A stretch of 64,000 nucleotides of DNA from a plasmid: the sequence record NZ_CP067423.1; one strand, given 5' to 3'. The number at the start of each line of letters is the position of its first letter. The stretch's first letter is position 1. The position numbers and the translations under genes are program-made. Of the stretch, positions 1 through 9,686 are shown in pieces. The notes beneath the pieces are model-generated. The model saw only the letters and a list, made by a program, of their open reading frames with translations. It did not search any database and was not told the DNA's origin.

Positions 1-1004
1 TAGAAGTTGTCCGCCAAGCCGTCGACGTTGCGTTCAAACTGGCTATCCGTGCTGCCGTCCCAGGCCGAGGCTCCGGTGCCGCCGGCCACCCGGTTGTTTT
101 CGATGGTGTTGTTCCGGCTGGTGATCGAGCCCGGCATATGGCTGTTCTGGCCGTTGCTGATACCACCGCTGATGTTGTTGCCCTCGATGCGGTTGTTCTC
201 GGCCGAGACCACCCGCACGTCGCCCCGGATGTCGTTGCCGGTGACGACGCTGTTCTCCGCCTCGTTATCCTGGAACTCGTCGGGGAACTGGTCCATCCGA
301 TTCAGCCGGCTGTTACCGTAGCCACCGACCGACACCGCCGTGTCGGCATCAATGTCGATGGTGTTGTTCACCAGCTGCACGCCGTCGCTGCCGGCCTTCC
401 AGGTGATGCCTGCGAATCCGGCCTTGCCTTTGATCGTATTCCCTTCGTATCGGACGTTCCTGACCGAGACGTTGTCGATGGCCTCCTGGCGCCAGTGGCC
501 GTCGATCGTATTGCCGGCCACCAGGACGGACTGCTGGTCGGTCGGGCTCATGTTGAACAGTTTGAAGCCGTCCTGCCCTTCGCCGGTAATCAGGTTGTTG
601 GTGACCTTGAGGTTACCGATGTTCCCGTAAGACCCCCACAGCTTGAAGCCGCCGACGTCACCGCCGCTTGGTGCGTCGGCGATCACGTGGAAACCGTCGA
701 TCTCCACGTTGGTGATGCGGTTGGCCTGCACGGCGGCCTGGTTGCGGCTGCCCCGGATCACCGCGGCACCTTTGCCGTCGACAGAGAAGATTCGAATGGG
801 TGCGCCCGGATCGCCGTGCAGGTTGCTCAGGTCCAGGCTGCCGTTATAGGTGCCGCTGTAGACGGCGACGGTGTCGCCCGCCCTGGCCGAACGGATCTTG
901 GCCTCCAGGTTGTCTCCCGGCCTGACCTCGATCGTGGCAGCCAGCGCCGGTGTGCCGAGCACCGTTCCCGCAAGCAACATCCCCGCGAAAACTCCTCGCC
1001 ACAT
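1..1004 (-). CDS. secreted right-handed parallel beta-helix repeat protein (N-terminal part; C-terminus lies beyond window start)
   Basis: Minus-strand frame is open from ATG at 1004-1002 to the window edge. Signal-peptide-like N-terminus MWRGVFAGMLLAGTVLGTPALAA. Repeated NNxIxGN/NxIxG beta-helix-like motifs. The ATG overlaps the stop of the upstream 93-aa ORF (TGATG) and is preceded by AAAGGAGAG. Confidence 0.6.
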   Translation of the reverse strand, partial: MWRGVFAGMLLAGTVLGTPALAATIEVRPGDNLEAKIRSARAGDTVAVYSGTYNGSLDLSNLHGDPGAPIRIFSVDGKGAAVIRGSRNQAAVQANRITNVEIDGFHVIADAPSGGDVGGFKLWGSYGNIGNLKVTNNLITGEGQDGFKLFNMSPTDQQSVLVAGNTIDGHWRQEAIDNVSVRNVRYEGNTIKGKAGFAGITWKAGSDGVQLVNNTIDIDADTAVSVGGYGNSRLNRMDQFPDEFQDNEAENSVVTGNDIRGDVRVVSAENNRIEGNNISGGISNGQNSHMPGSITSRNNTIENNRVAGGTGASAWDGSTDSQFERNVDGLADNF

Positions 1005-1285
1005 CACACCTCTCCTTTGTGCCGTATACAGGATATGAGAGATCCCATAATTGCCCGCCCCGCATAGCCCACCGCGATCAGCGCTCCACCGAGGCTCACC
1101 AGCAGCGTCAATGACCGCCACGGCTGGGGCAGGTCGGCGGTTAACCACCTGACCAGCGGCACCCCTTCGGTCAGGATCAGGACCCCGATGCCGAGAAGGG
1201 CCAGGGAGCCGGCGACGCCGATGGCCAACCCGGGAAGCAGGTAAACCATGGACCGTTTCAGGATCTCGGCGGGATACCCGTTCAT
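1004..1285 (-). CDS. small membrane protein (93 aa, two predicted TM helices), translationally coupled between trbE and the beta-helix gene
   Basis: ORF with two hydrophobic segments. Its start overlaps the trbE stop (ATGA) and its stop overlaps the downstream start. Confidence 0.45.
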   Translation of the reverse strand: MNGYPAEILKRSMVYLLPGLAIGVAGSLALLGIGVLILTEGVPLVRWLTADLPQPWRSLTLLVSLGGALIAVGYAGRAIMGSLISCIRHKGEV

Positions 1286-3735
1286 TCTGCGGCCCTCAGT
1301 ATGGTTTCGGGTTCATCGCCCAGGAGCGGACCGACGTCGACGCCGTGCTCTGCCATCCAACTGGTCAGGAAGTCGCCGCCCCGGCGCTCGACCTGGCGGG
1401 CGTGCTGGTAATGGTGATCGTCGGTCTGGAGCACCATGGCCGAGGCGATCGGGGAGCCGAGGTCGAAGGTCACCACCGCTTTCCCGACGCCGGGCCGGTG
1501 GACGAAGTATTCACCGGCCTGCGCCATGCCAGCGATCACCTCGGCATCGTGCTGGCTCAGTTTCAGCTCTCCCAGGACCTGCAGACCCTCGGTGGTGGTC
1601 ACCGCGGTGTCCTGCACGTAGATTTGGGTCGGGCACGAATTGAGGATGATGTGCGAGATGTCCGACCTGGACAGGTCGAGGACCGACTGGGTGGCGAAGA
1701 CAACCTGGGTCTTGAGCTTGCGGTATGTCCGGAGACCCCAGCCAAGCCCCTTCACGAACCCGCCCGCGACATAGGCACTGGCCTCGTCGAGCTGGAGCAT
1801 CAGCGGCCGGCGCGAGCTGGACAGCCGCATGATGTGCCGCCACAGGTAGGAGATCAGGGCCGGCGCCGCCACGGCCTCGTCGTCGTCCGTGATGGCTGAA
1901 AGTTCAAAGTTGATCCAGTCGGCCTCGTAACTGCGATTGTCAACGGCATCGAAGATGTAGCCGAGCGGACCGTCGTGAGTGTAGATCCGCATCGCCTTGG
2001 CCGCGTCCTCCGACGGCACGTTCAGGCAGAACGTTGTCATGGTCCGGTCGTCCGGTGGCATCCGCGCCATGATCCGGAGCGCAGCGTCGACTGCCTGGGA
2101 GATGTCGGAGTTGTCGGCCGCGGCGCCGATCTGCTGGCGGATGCGCGCCAGCGTCCAGGAATGCGCCCAGGCTCTGTCGGTAGGCTTGTCGATCTGGCGG
2201 TAAGGCTGCACGCCGCAACCCTGCTCGCCGATGTTGAAGGTCACCCCACCAACCAGCTTGGCCGCGACATAGCCGGAGCGGCCGGACTCGACCCGCATGA
2301 CACGACCACCGGGGACGGCGGTGATGTGCCCGAGGCCCAGGGCATTGAGACCTGATGTTTTGCCGCCGCCCGTGCCGCCGCACAGGAAGCAGTGCCGGGT
2401 GGCCCCGTCGATGTGCAGCGACAACGCGAACCGGCTGGTCGAGCTGGTCCGGCCATGGAGGAGGATCGGACTCTTGGTTGACCCTAGATCTCCGGCCCAG
2501 GCCTTGGTCAGCGGCGCGGTGACCGCGGCGGCCAGCAGGTTGACGCCGGGTCGCACGAAGTCGACGTCGGTCTTGCCGGGGATCGCCCCCAGGACGCAGT
2601 CGTGAGTCGTCAGGTCGTTGATCTCGACCCCGAACCCGTGGTCGAGCAGGAATTCCTCAATCTTGCCGGCCTGCGTCTTCGCCTCGCCCCGGTCCTCGTG
2701 GTAGACCAGGACGTTGTCCGTGGTCTGGCACCGGAGCACGCCGCCCCGCTGCAACTCCAGCAGCATGGCGTCGGTTTCCTCCAGGGTGACGGTCGCAGCC
2801 TTGTTGTTCAGCGGGCTCAACGCATCCTTCTGGAACTGGCGCATCACCTGGAGCAGCATGCTTTCCTGGGTCAGCGCCGCCTTGCGGACCAGCCACTCCA
2901 GCTCACGCACGGACTCGGCCTTGGACTGGGTCCGGATACGCTTAACCCGACGGATGCGGTAGCCCAGCTCGGACAGGCCGTTGAACGTGTCGTTACCGAA
3001 GTCCAGGGCGCCGGCTTCTATGCTCCGCGGATAGGTGTTGATCTGGACGGACCGCACGTTGAGGCGGTTGTGCTCATGACCCAGCCACAGCGGGCGACCG
3101 CCGGTCAGGGGGCTGTCGATCAGCTGCGGCGCCAGGAACTCGTAAGGATCGATCGAGATCGGCCTGTCGTTGACGGAGATGGTCGACCGCAGGTACGTGG
3201 CTAGGTCATCGCCTTCCAGAACCTCCGCCCCCACGAAGCGCAGGAGTGCGGCCATCCGGTCCACCGACCGGACGTAGTCGTCGAACATCGGGCCGTAATC
3301 GCCCCGGGTCTCGCCCGGCTCCGGCAACAGCAGGGCATTACGCAGCCTCACCGCCAGCCCGGCCGGTGGATTGTGCCGTACGGAAACATAATGCCGGCTG
3401 CCGAAGTGAGTGCCGTCGCCATGCACCGCGGTCCGGTCGATACCGTAGAGGCGGGCCGCTCGGTTCTCCGTCGTCTGAACCTGGATACCAGGGAGCGGAC
3501 CACGCCGCTCCTCGACCCAGATCCACTTTCCACCGCCCAGGGTCTGCAAGGCCACCGCGAACCGGGCAGCATGGCGCAAACGCTGCTCATCGCTGGCCGT
3601 GGACAGGTCCGGTGGTGCCAGTGCCATGGCCATCAGCCAGCCGAACTGGCTGCACGCCACGACGCGCGGCCGACCCGCATGCGGCAGCATGGTCAGCCAG
3701 GGCACCTCGTCGCGCAGGTAACGCTTCCTTGTCAT
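1282..3735 (-). CDS. trbE: conjugal transfer ATPase TrbE (VirB4 family)
   Basis: 817-aa protein with Walker A CGGTGGGKTSG and overall VirB4/TrbE-like sequence. Start at MTRKRY (ATG 3735-3733), 1 nt after the trbD stop. Confidence 0.9.
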   Translation of the reverse strand: MTRKRYLRDEVPWLTMLPHAGRPRVVACSQFGWLMAMALAPPDLSTASDEQRLRHAARFAVALQTLGGGKWIWVEERRGPLPGIQVQTTENRAARLYGIDRTAVHGDGTHFGSRHYVSVRHNPPAGLAVRLRNALLLPEPGETRGDYGPMFDDYVRSVDRMAALLRFVGAEVLEGDDLATYLRSTISVNDRPISIDPYEFLAPQLIDSPLTGGRPLWLGHEHNRLNVRSVQINTYPRSIEAGALDFGNDTFNGLSELGYRIRRVKRIRTQSKAESVRELEWLVRKAALTQESMLLQVMRQFQKDALSPLNNKAATVTLEETDAMLLELQRGGVLRCQTTDNVLVYHEDRGEAKTQAGKIEEFLLDHGFGVEINDLTTHDCVLGAIPGKTDVDFVRPGVNLLAAAVTAPLTKAWAGDLGSTKSPILLHGRTSSTSRFALSLHIDGATRHCFLCGGTGGGKTSGLNALGLGHITAVPGGRVMRVESGRSGYVAAKLVGGVTFNIGEQGCGVQPYRQIDKPTDRAWAHSWTLARIRQQIGAAADNSDISQAVDAALRIMARMPPDDRTMTTFCLNVPSEDAAKAMRIYTHDGPLGYIFDAVDNRSYEADWINFELSAITDDDEAVAAPALISYLWRHIMRLSSSRRPLMLQLDEASAYVAGGFVKGLGWGLRTYRKLKTQVVFATQSVLDLSRSDISHIILNSCPTQIYVQDTAVTTTEGLQVLGELKLSQHDAEVIAGMAQAGEYFVHRPGVGKAVVTFDLGSPIASAMVLQTDDHHYQHARQVERRGGDFLTSWMAEHGVDVGPLLGDEPETILRAAE

Positions 3736-3736
3736 G

Positions 3737-4042
3737 TCAGGTCTCCAAGTCAGTGCGACGGCGCAGAGCGCGCACGGCAAAGCGCAAGAGGTTTTCCTGA
3801 TAGAAGGGATTGTCCTTGGCCAGCATGACGCCGCCGTACCACATCGCGCCCGTGCCCAGGCACAGCACGACGATCACGGAGATGATGTTCCGGCCGCTGG
3901 GGGTGACGGCATACATCGTGAAAACCGTCCCGCAGATCCACCACAGGGCGATTACCAGGACCGTCGAGAGTCGGCAGCTCCCCGGCATGTAAGGATGCTG
4001 TCCACTCCGTCGGATCTCGATGCCGTAATCCAGCGACGCCAT
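3737..4042 (-). CDS. trbD: conjugal transfer protein TrbD (VirB3-like)
   Basis: 101-aa membrane protein lying between the trbC and trbE genes in the canonical trb order. Confidence 0.75.
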   Translation of the reverse strand: MASLDYGIEIRRSGQHPYMPGSCRLSTVLVIALWWICGTVFTMYAVTPSGRNIISVIVVLCLGTGAMWYGGVMLAKDNPFYQENLLRFAVRALRRRTDLET

Positions 4043-4344
4043 CAGGCCCCGCCGAGGCCCAGGACGTATTCGGCCAGCAGCGGCACGCCACCGATGAAGG
4101 CGCCGATCGCGGCACCGACGATGGCCTTGCCGATGCCGCGGCCGGGATCTCCGACCATGGCACCGAGCAGGGCGCCGATGATGGCCAGGCCGACAATCAT
4201 CAACCCGACGTTCTGGATCATGAAGTCCCAGATGTCCTGGGTGAACGTCTCGATGCCGTTGGCAGGGATCTGCGCCAGGGCAGGGCCGGCGAAAGCAGTC
4301 AGGCCCAGGACGATGGCGGCGGAAAGGGACTGGTTCGTCTTCAT
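4042..4344 (-). CDS. trbC: conjugal pilin TrbC (VirB2-like)
   Basis: 100-aa protein with a signal peptide (AFAGPALA) and a Gly/Ala-rich hydrophobic core typical of VirB2/TrbC pilins. ATGA overlap with trbB. Confidence 0.75.
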   Translation of the reverse strand: MKTNQSLSAAIVLGLTAFAGPALAQIPANGIETFTQDIWDFMIQNVGLMIVGLAIIGALLGAMVGDPGRGIGKAIVGAAIGAFIGGVPLLAEYVLGLGGA

Positions 4345-5420
4345 TGGATCAACTCCGAAGAAGAATTGCCGGATATATTATAGCCTGTATTGAGTTGATG
4401 GGGGACATCAACACGGGTCAGTCTGTAACCTGTGGTTTCATCGCAGCCACCGGGCCGGAACACCCCGACGATGTCGCGGCCACCACCCGCCCGGCGCCTA
4501 ATCCAAATGATGCGCTGCAGGGTCTTCATCAGCACGCGACGCTGCGGCACCGGGTCGATGCCGGCCTGCGCCACCATCTGCTCGATGCGGTCAAAGAAAT
4601 CGGCCGGGTTGCTTGCGTGCAATGTCACCAACCCGCCGGTATGGCCGGTGTACTGGGCCATGATGAAAACCCAGAGCACGCCATCGCGGGCTTCGCCGAG
4701 GATGATGCGGTCAGGCCGGCAGCGCAGCGCATCCTTCAGAAGATCCGCCATGTCCAGGCCGATGCTGGACAGGCGCAGCACGTCGGCCACGCACGGAAAC
4801 TGCATCTCCGGCGTATCCTCCAGCGTGACCAGACGATCCGGCTGCACCGCCGGATGATTGGCCATGCTGGTCAGGAGACTGGTCTTGCCGCTGCCGGTCT
4901 CGCCGAACACCGCGACTGTCAGCTTGTTCGCCAAGGCCGCGGCGATGCAGTCCATGGTCGGCAGGCCCTGGCCGATCGTGTCGGTCTCCTCTTGGGCGAA
5001 GTGGACCTCGCGACCCGCGATCGGCGCCACGCCGTCGGCGACGTAGTCCCCAAAAGACCGGATGGTCCTGGGCAGGAAGCGGAGAACCACATAAGGGCCA
5101 CCCACGGCTCGGGGCGGGATGCCGCCCTGGAACCGGATCTGCCCGGGAAGATCGGCGGCGAAGCTCAACCGTCCCCTGCCCTCGGCCACGATGCCGGCGA
5201 AGCGCGCGGCCAGGGTCACGATCTGCTGGCGCCGGTCAGCATCAAACTGGGTCTCAAGCCGGCGCTTGCCGACGGAGCCATAGACGAAGGCTCGACCATC
5301 CGGGTTGATGGCGATGTCCTCGGTACCGGCCTGCGCTGCCAGGGTCTGGATTTCGGCGCCCAGAGCATTGTTCAGCAGGCGTTCGGCCTCGCCCCGCTCA
5401 CGATCGGAAAGCGGGATCAT
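4341..5420 (-). CDS. trbB: conjugal transfer ATPase TrbB (VirB11 family)
   Basis: 359-aa protein with Walker A GETGSGKTS and VirB11/TrbB-like sequence. Confidence 0.85.
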   Translation of the reverse strand: MIPLSDRERGEAERLLNNALGAEIQTLAAQAGTEDIAINPDGRAFVYGSVGKRRLETQFDADRRQQIVTLAARFAGIVAEGRGRLSFAADLPGQIRFQGGIPPRAVGGPYVVLRFLPRTIRSFGDYVADGVAPIAGREVHFAQEETDTIGQGLPTMDCIAAALANKLTVAVFGETGSGKTSLLTSMANHPAVQPDRLVTLEDTPEMQFPCVADVLRLSSIGLDMADLLKDALRCRPDRIILGEARDGVLWVFIMAQYTGHTGGLVTLHASNPADFFDRIEQMVAQAGIDPVPQRRVLMKTLQRIIWIRRRAGGGRDIVGVFRPGGCDETTGYRLTRVDVPHQLNTGYNISGNSSSELIQ

Positions 5421-5833
5421 TTTGCCGCCTCCATTTTCTGGACGAGATCCTGCACCTGGCGCACGTGATCGGCCTGGGTGACGGGATGCTGCTCCGGCGG
5501 CAGGTAGCGCAGCCGTGTCTCGAAGTTGGCGATTGCCAGCAGGGTGCGGATCTGGTGAGCCATGCGGTCGATCTGTCCGCGCATCTCGACCAGGGTGGCG
5601 GCGACCGCGTCCGACTGATCGGCAGCCGCGTCAACCTTGCCCATGGCGATGTTGATGCACTGCTCGACGATGGCGTTGCGCGACCACTTGCCTTGCATCT
5701 GCGCCTCGATCCAGGCGTCCTGCTCCTCGGCGAACAGCACCTCCCGGGCCTTCCGGCCGACGTAGCGGTTGCCCCTCGGGCGTCGTGCCCGGCGCTCTGC
5801 CGCCGTCGCGAGTACATTCGTGTCCATCATCAC
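5417..5833 (-). CDS. small hypothetical protein between traG and trbB (possible RHH/TrbA-like regulator)
   Basis: 138-aa ORF tightly coupled to both neighbours (ATGA overlaps at each end). No recognisable catalytic motif. Confidence 0.4.
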   Translation of the reverse strand: MMMDTNVLATAAERRARRPRGNRYVGRKAREVLFAEEQDAWIEAQMQGKWSRNAIVEQCINIAMGKVDAAADQSDAVAATLVEMRGQIDRMAHQIRTLLAIANFETRLRYLPPEQHPVTQADHVRQVQDLVQKMEAAK

Positions 5834-5834
5834 C

Positions 5835-7439
5835 TCACATCATCAGCGGAACATCGTCGGCCGGTATCGGGGTTGGTGTCTGGATGGGCTCGGGCACGGG
5901 GTCTGGTTTTGCCGCCGGCTTCACCGGCACCTTGGCCTTGAACCTCTTGTTCTTCTTCTCCTCGGCCTTCCCGGGCTCAGGTGCTGGACCCCGTACCGAC
6001 GGTTCCTCGAAGCAAATGGCGTCCCACAGGTTTCGGGCACCCACCTCGAGCGGCAGATCCAGGAAGGCACCCTTGTCGTCGCGCACCGGCAGGAACTCGA
6101 CGTCTAGCGGTAACCAGGACCTTGGCGCTGGGTTGACCAGCGAGCGCCAGCTGCTCAGCGGCGGCCGGCTGACTTTGATCGGCTTGGTGTAGCCGCAGAC
6201 CAGGACGTCGTCCTCCGACAGCCGCAACACCGCCTCGGTCGGCAGGATCGGCTTGCGCACCCGGGACCGTGTCAGCCCGGCGCCCCGGCGCTCGCCGCCG
6301 GCGCCGTAACTGGCGTTGTCGGACTCTGCGGTGACCTCGACGAAACCGATCGCCTTCGACAGCTTCTCGGCCTCGCCGCTGTCGAACGGGCGCAGGGCGA
6401 CCAGCCGGCTATTGTTGAAGATCAGCGACTTCTCGCCGTAGATCACCGCCAGAACGCCGTCGGACTGGGCGCCCAGCATGGCCCGGCAGTGGTAGGAGCG
6501 CATGTCGGCCATGGCGCCCTCGATGGCGTCGACCTTGCCGAACCGGTTGAACTCGTCAAGCGCGAAAAGCATGCAGTGACGCTTCCACCGGGCACCGATC
6601 CTGTCCTGGTGCCCCATGATCGCGTTCAGGATCTGTGACGTCATCATGCGGACCAGCGGCGCCAGCCTGGCCGAGTGCTCCGGCGGCAGATGCAGGTTCA
6701 GCAGCACCGGGTTCGGCCCGCACATCAGGTCTTCCGGCGAGAACTCGCACGACGATGTTGCAGAGTCGACGCACGGGTCGGCGTAGACGTTCAGATAGCT
6801 ATCTATCGTTGCCAGGATGCTACCGACGTAGCGTTCGTTGTTGTTCTGCCAGATCTTCCGGGCCGCACTGGCGATCTCCTCGCGGAGGATCGGGTTCGGG
6901 TGCTGCTGGCGCATCATCCGGTCGCCGCCCTCCCGGCCGGTGGCGTGGAAGCGCCGCAAGCCGCCCAGGTTCCGTTCCTTCGGGTCGCCGAAGTTGGCCA
7001 GGAACATCATCTCGGCCGTGGCGAGCGCCTTGGCGTTCTCGTCCCAGATCGGCTCTTTTGCCTGGCTCGTGTCGGTATGCGGGAGCAGGGCAGCGAGGTT
7101 CTGGAACCCGGCGATCTGATCCACTCCAGTTCCGACGCGGGCCATGGGATTGTACCTGACGCTGTCCGGCAGGGTCGGCGCGAACAGCAGGTTATGCCGC
7201 CACCGGCTGGAACCCTGGAGCAGCAGCCAAAAGTCACCCTTGCGGTCATGCACGATGGCGCTGCCCCGCCAGGTCCGCATCAGCGTCGGCAGGAAGAACG
7301 AGGCGGTCTTGCCCGACCCTGTCGGACCGGTAACCCGAACATGCATCTGGTGCCGGTCAATCAGCAGGCGCCCGTCTGCCGTCGCTCCGACGGTGATCCC
7401 GCCAGGGTCGGCTATCACCGGCCGGTTCTCGAAATCCAT
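5835..7439 (-). CDS. traG: type IV coupling protein TraG/VirD4, main body (N-terminal TM segment appears to lie in another frame, 7415-7690)
   Basis: Walker A VTGPTGSGKTAS. Similarity to VirD4 begins at MDFENRP (ATG 7439-7437, preceded by GAGGGG). The ATPase motif sits only about 40 aa from this start, so the usual N-terminal membrane domain is missing from this frame. Confidence 0.8.
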   Translation of the reverse strand: MDFENRPVIADPGGITVGATADGRLLIDRHQMHVRVTGPTGSGKTASFFLPTLMRTWRGSAIVHDRKGDFWLLLQGSSRWRHNLLFAPTLPDSVRYNPMARVGTGVDQIAGFQNLAALLPHTDTSQAKEPIWDENAKALATAEMMFLANFGDPKERNLGGLRRFHATGREGGDRMMRQQHPNPILREEIASAARKIWQNNNERYVGSILATIDSYLNVYADPCVDSATSSCEFSPEDLMCGPNPVLLNLHLPPEHSARLAPLVRMMTSQILNAIMGHQDRIGARWKRHCMLFALDEFNRFGKVDAIEGAMADMRSYHCRAMLGAQSDGVLAVIYGEKSLIFNNSRLVALRPFDSGEAEKLSKAIGFVEVTAESDNASYGAGGERRGAGLTRSRVRKPILPTEAVLRLSEDDVLVCGYTKPIKVSRPPLSSWRSLVNPAPRSWLPLDVEFLPVRDDKGAFLDLPLEVGARNLWDAICFEEPSVRGPAPEPGKAEEKKNKRFKAKVPVKPAAKPDPVPEPIQTPTPIPADDVPLMM

Positions 7440-7690
7440 CTCGAGATTCCCCTCTTCATCGGTTTGATCAGCCCGAACTGCACCAGGTCGGCCTCGGTTG
7501 CCCAGGCCGCCTCGACCTGGTCCTCCGTGCCCCGCATTCGCGGATTGAGCAGCCGGCTGGTGATCCGGGTGGCGGCGATCTTCACGACCACGACGAGACC
7601 GACCATGCCGACCAGCAGCCCCAGCCCGGCCGGAACGAACCACCATTCATGCTGGGCGACCTGCGCCCAGACCCACCATTCGCGGATCAC
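7415..7690 (-). pseudogene. traG: traG 5' segment in a different frame (probable frameshift or sequencing error); encodes one TM helix plus a VirD4-like juxtamembrane motif
   Basis: GTG at 7690-7688 overlaps the relaxase stop (GTGA). Translation VIREWWVWAQVAQHEWWFVPAGLGLLVGMVGLVVVV...NPRMRGTEDQVEAAWATEADLVQFGLIKP resembles the TraG/VirD4 N-terminus (TM helix followed by a conserved segment). It ends 25 nt inside the traG main ORF. Confidence 0.45.
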
Positions 7691-8463
7691 TCCAGCCCTC
7701 CCTCTCGGCCGTGCGACCGCCCGGCCTGGCGGACCGGCACGCCGGTGTTCGGGTCCAGCCCCATCTGCTGCCGGCGCTCCTGGACCGCCTTGCACTTCGC
7801 GTCCGGGTCGACTCCGCGCTCTGCCCGGTATCCCAGATGCTGGGTCGCAACCTCCCTCGCCCTGGCCCGGAGGCCATGCGAGACGTACCCACTCGACAGG
7901 CGTAAATTCCTGTCTTCCACCCTGGCCCGCATCACCACGTGAGTGTGCGGATGGTCGGTGTCCCAGTGCTGGACGGCCATCCATTCGAGCTTCACGCCGC
8001 GCCGCTGTTCGTCCTCGGTCAGCAGATCCTTTTCCACCTTGCCCATGACCTCGCGGGTGTAGGCCTCCAGGTCGAGCCGGTGTCCTTCCTCCGGGGAGAG
8101 GATGAATTTGTAGTACCTGTTGTCCTCGCCCCAGCCATGGACCTGGGCAAACATCTCATCCCGGGTCGCCGGATTGCCGTCTTGGTCGATCCCCTTCAGT
8201 TCGCCCTCGCGGGTGATGTACCTGATGTTGTCCCGAAGCGACCGTTTGAACGCGGGCTGCCCGTTGTGCGCCGCCCGGTACTTCACCTTGACCATGACCC
8301 GCTGCGCGAACCGCCCAGGCTTGACGGTCCACCGACCGCGCACCGTGACGCCCGTCGCCGGCATCGGCACCCGGCGCACCGCCTGGGCCTCTGGCGTCTT
8401 GTGATGGCGCACAGGTCGTAGTTGCAGCCCGGCCGGGCGGCCCAGCGTCACCGGAGCTCGCAT
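7687..8463 (-). CDS. conjugative relaxase, N-terminal nuclease domain (RlxS/VirD2-like, MOB family); short and possibly C-terminally truncated
   Basis: Arg-rich N-terminus, motif I with candidate catalytic Tyr (RDNIRYITREGE) and histidine triad HWDTDHPHTHVVM. The ORF extends upstream to 8544 and the true start is uncertain. Confidence 0.6.
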   Translation of the reverse strand: MRAPVTLGRPAGLQLRPVRHHKTPEAQAVRRVPMPATGVTVRGRWTVKPGRFAQRVMVKVKYRAAHNGQPAFKRSLRDNIRYITREGELKGIDQDGNPATRDEMFAQVHGWGEDNRYYKFILSPEEGHRLDLEAYTREVMGKVEKDLLTEDEQRRGVKLEWMAVQHWDTDHPHTHVVMRARVEDRNLRLSSGYVSHGLRARAREVATQHLGYRAERGVDPDAKCKAVQERRQQMGLDPNTGVPVRQAGRSHGREGGLE

Positions 8464-8879
8464 CAGCGGCGCCTCGGCAACCGGCGCCGCCTCCTCGATC
8501 CGATCCCGTCCATTCACTCCCTCCCCGAGAATGATATACATCATATCCCAATTTCACGGCAGAACGAAGCCCGGTACAGACCGGAGCACGACCCGGAACA
8601 TCTCCGGATGTCCGGAGCAGCAGATCCGGCGCAGGATTGCGTAGAAGATCAAAGGTTTATCATGGCTCCCGTAGGGAGTTATCTTGCACCCCCGCTTCGC
8701 ACCCCTGATCCGGCGTTGCCCGGTCCCCTTTCGACCAGAGGGCCTAAAGATGTCACAGGGCGCCTATGGCTGTGCGATCGGTAATCCAGGGCCGGAAGAG
8801 CTGTCTCGTCGCAGGAAGCGCCCTCCACTGCGAGAGGGGCCACTGAGCTCCCGACGCCGAACTCATGGACAATTATGAG

Positions 8880-9460
8880 TAGCGGGAAACTTCCGTCAGA
8901 ATGGCTGAGGTCCCGCGTGTCGGATTTGCCGGAGCGATGATGTACGCTGCGGCCGCTGTGGCTGTCCGGCGTTTTACGATTTGGAGAGAGTTGCTCGACG
9001 TCGCTTGCAGGAGAACTTGCCGGCGTTTCTCTGGAGCACCTTGCGGATTTAACATTACCAGCAGTCGATACTGAGTATAATTAACATTACCGCATTGTGC
9101 TGAACTCTCACATCTATAGGCAGGGTCATTCACATCAGCATGTCTATCGATATCACTGGGGCAGATTGCCAGCCGACGGACCCTGTTCAAGCTTCAGCCA
9201 TACTATGTAGCGTGGTATGTAGAAAAGGCTCGAAGTTGGGATTGTTGGGCCGGTGAATCCGTAGAGCTTACAGCTCGGAGGCCTTGCATGTGTTGATTGA
9301 TGTAATCGACCTTGCCCATCTGATGATGCCGGTCCTGCGTCAGATGAACAGCACCGACAGGCAGAAAGCTGCCGACGACAAGGATCATAATCCTGATTAC
9401 GCTGAACAGGCATGGTTTTGGGTGGGGCCGATACTCGTCAGTTTCAGCAAGCCAACCACG
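8880..9460. other. AT-rich non-coding island upstream of the relaxase gene (candidate oriT region)
   Basis: Local GC is far below the window average. Short direct repeats (AACATTACC twice). No convincing ORF. Confidence 0.3.
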
Positions 9461-9686
9461 TTTGTTACCTGTGTTGCCCGGTTAGCTGGACGCGCCCTCG
9501 GCGAACGGGCGGGTGAAGCCGACGCCTCTCGCAGGCGGACCAGTACTGCGCCGGACAACACGGCCCGCGCGGTAGCGGGTTGTGAATATAGAGGGCAGGC
9601 AGGACGCTGACGGATGATCCGGATCCGGGCAGACATGCGCCTCAAACCGGGTCAAACCGGGACGGGAGCAGTTCCGGTTGAGAGGA

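Noticed and set aside
138-1067. Long antisense or alternative-frame ORFs overlapping confirmed genes (138-1067 +, 4344-5468 +, 6675-8048 +, 17674-18888 +, 31698-33980 +, 58210-59061 +, 61786-62925 -)
   Set aside because: All are Arg/Ala/Gly/Pro-rich with no motifs, and they overlap genes with strong family signatures on the other strand. This is the standard high-GC artefact.
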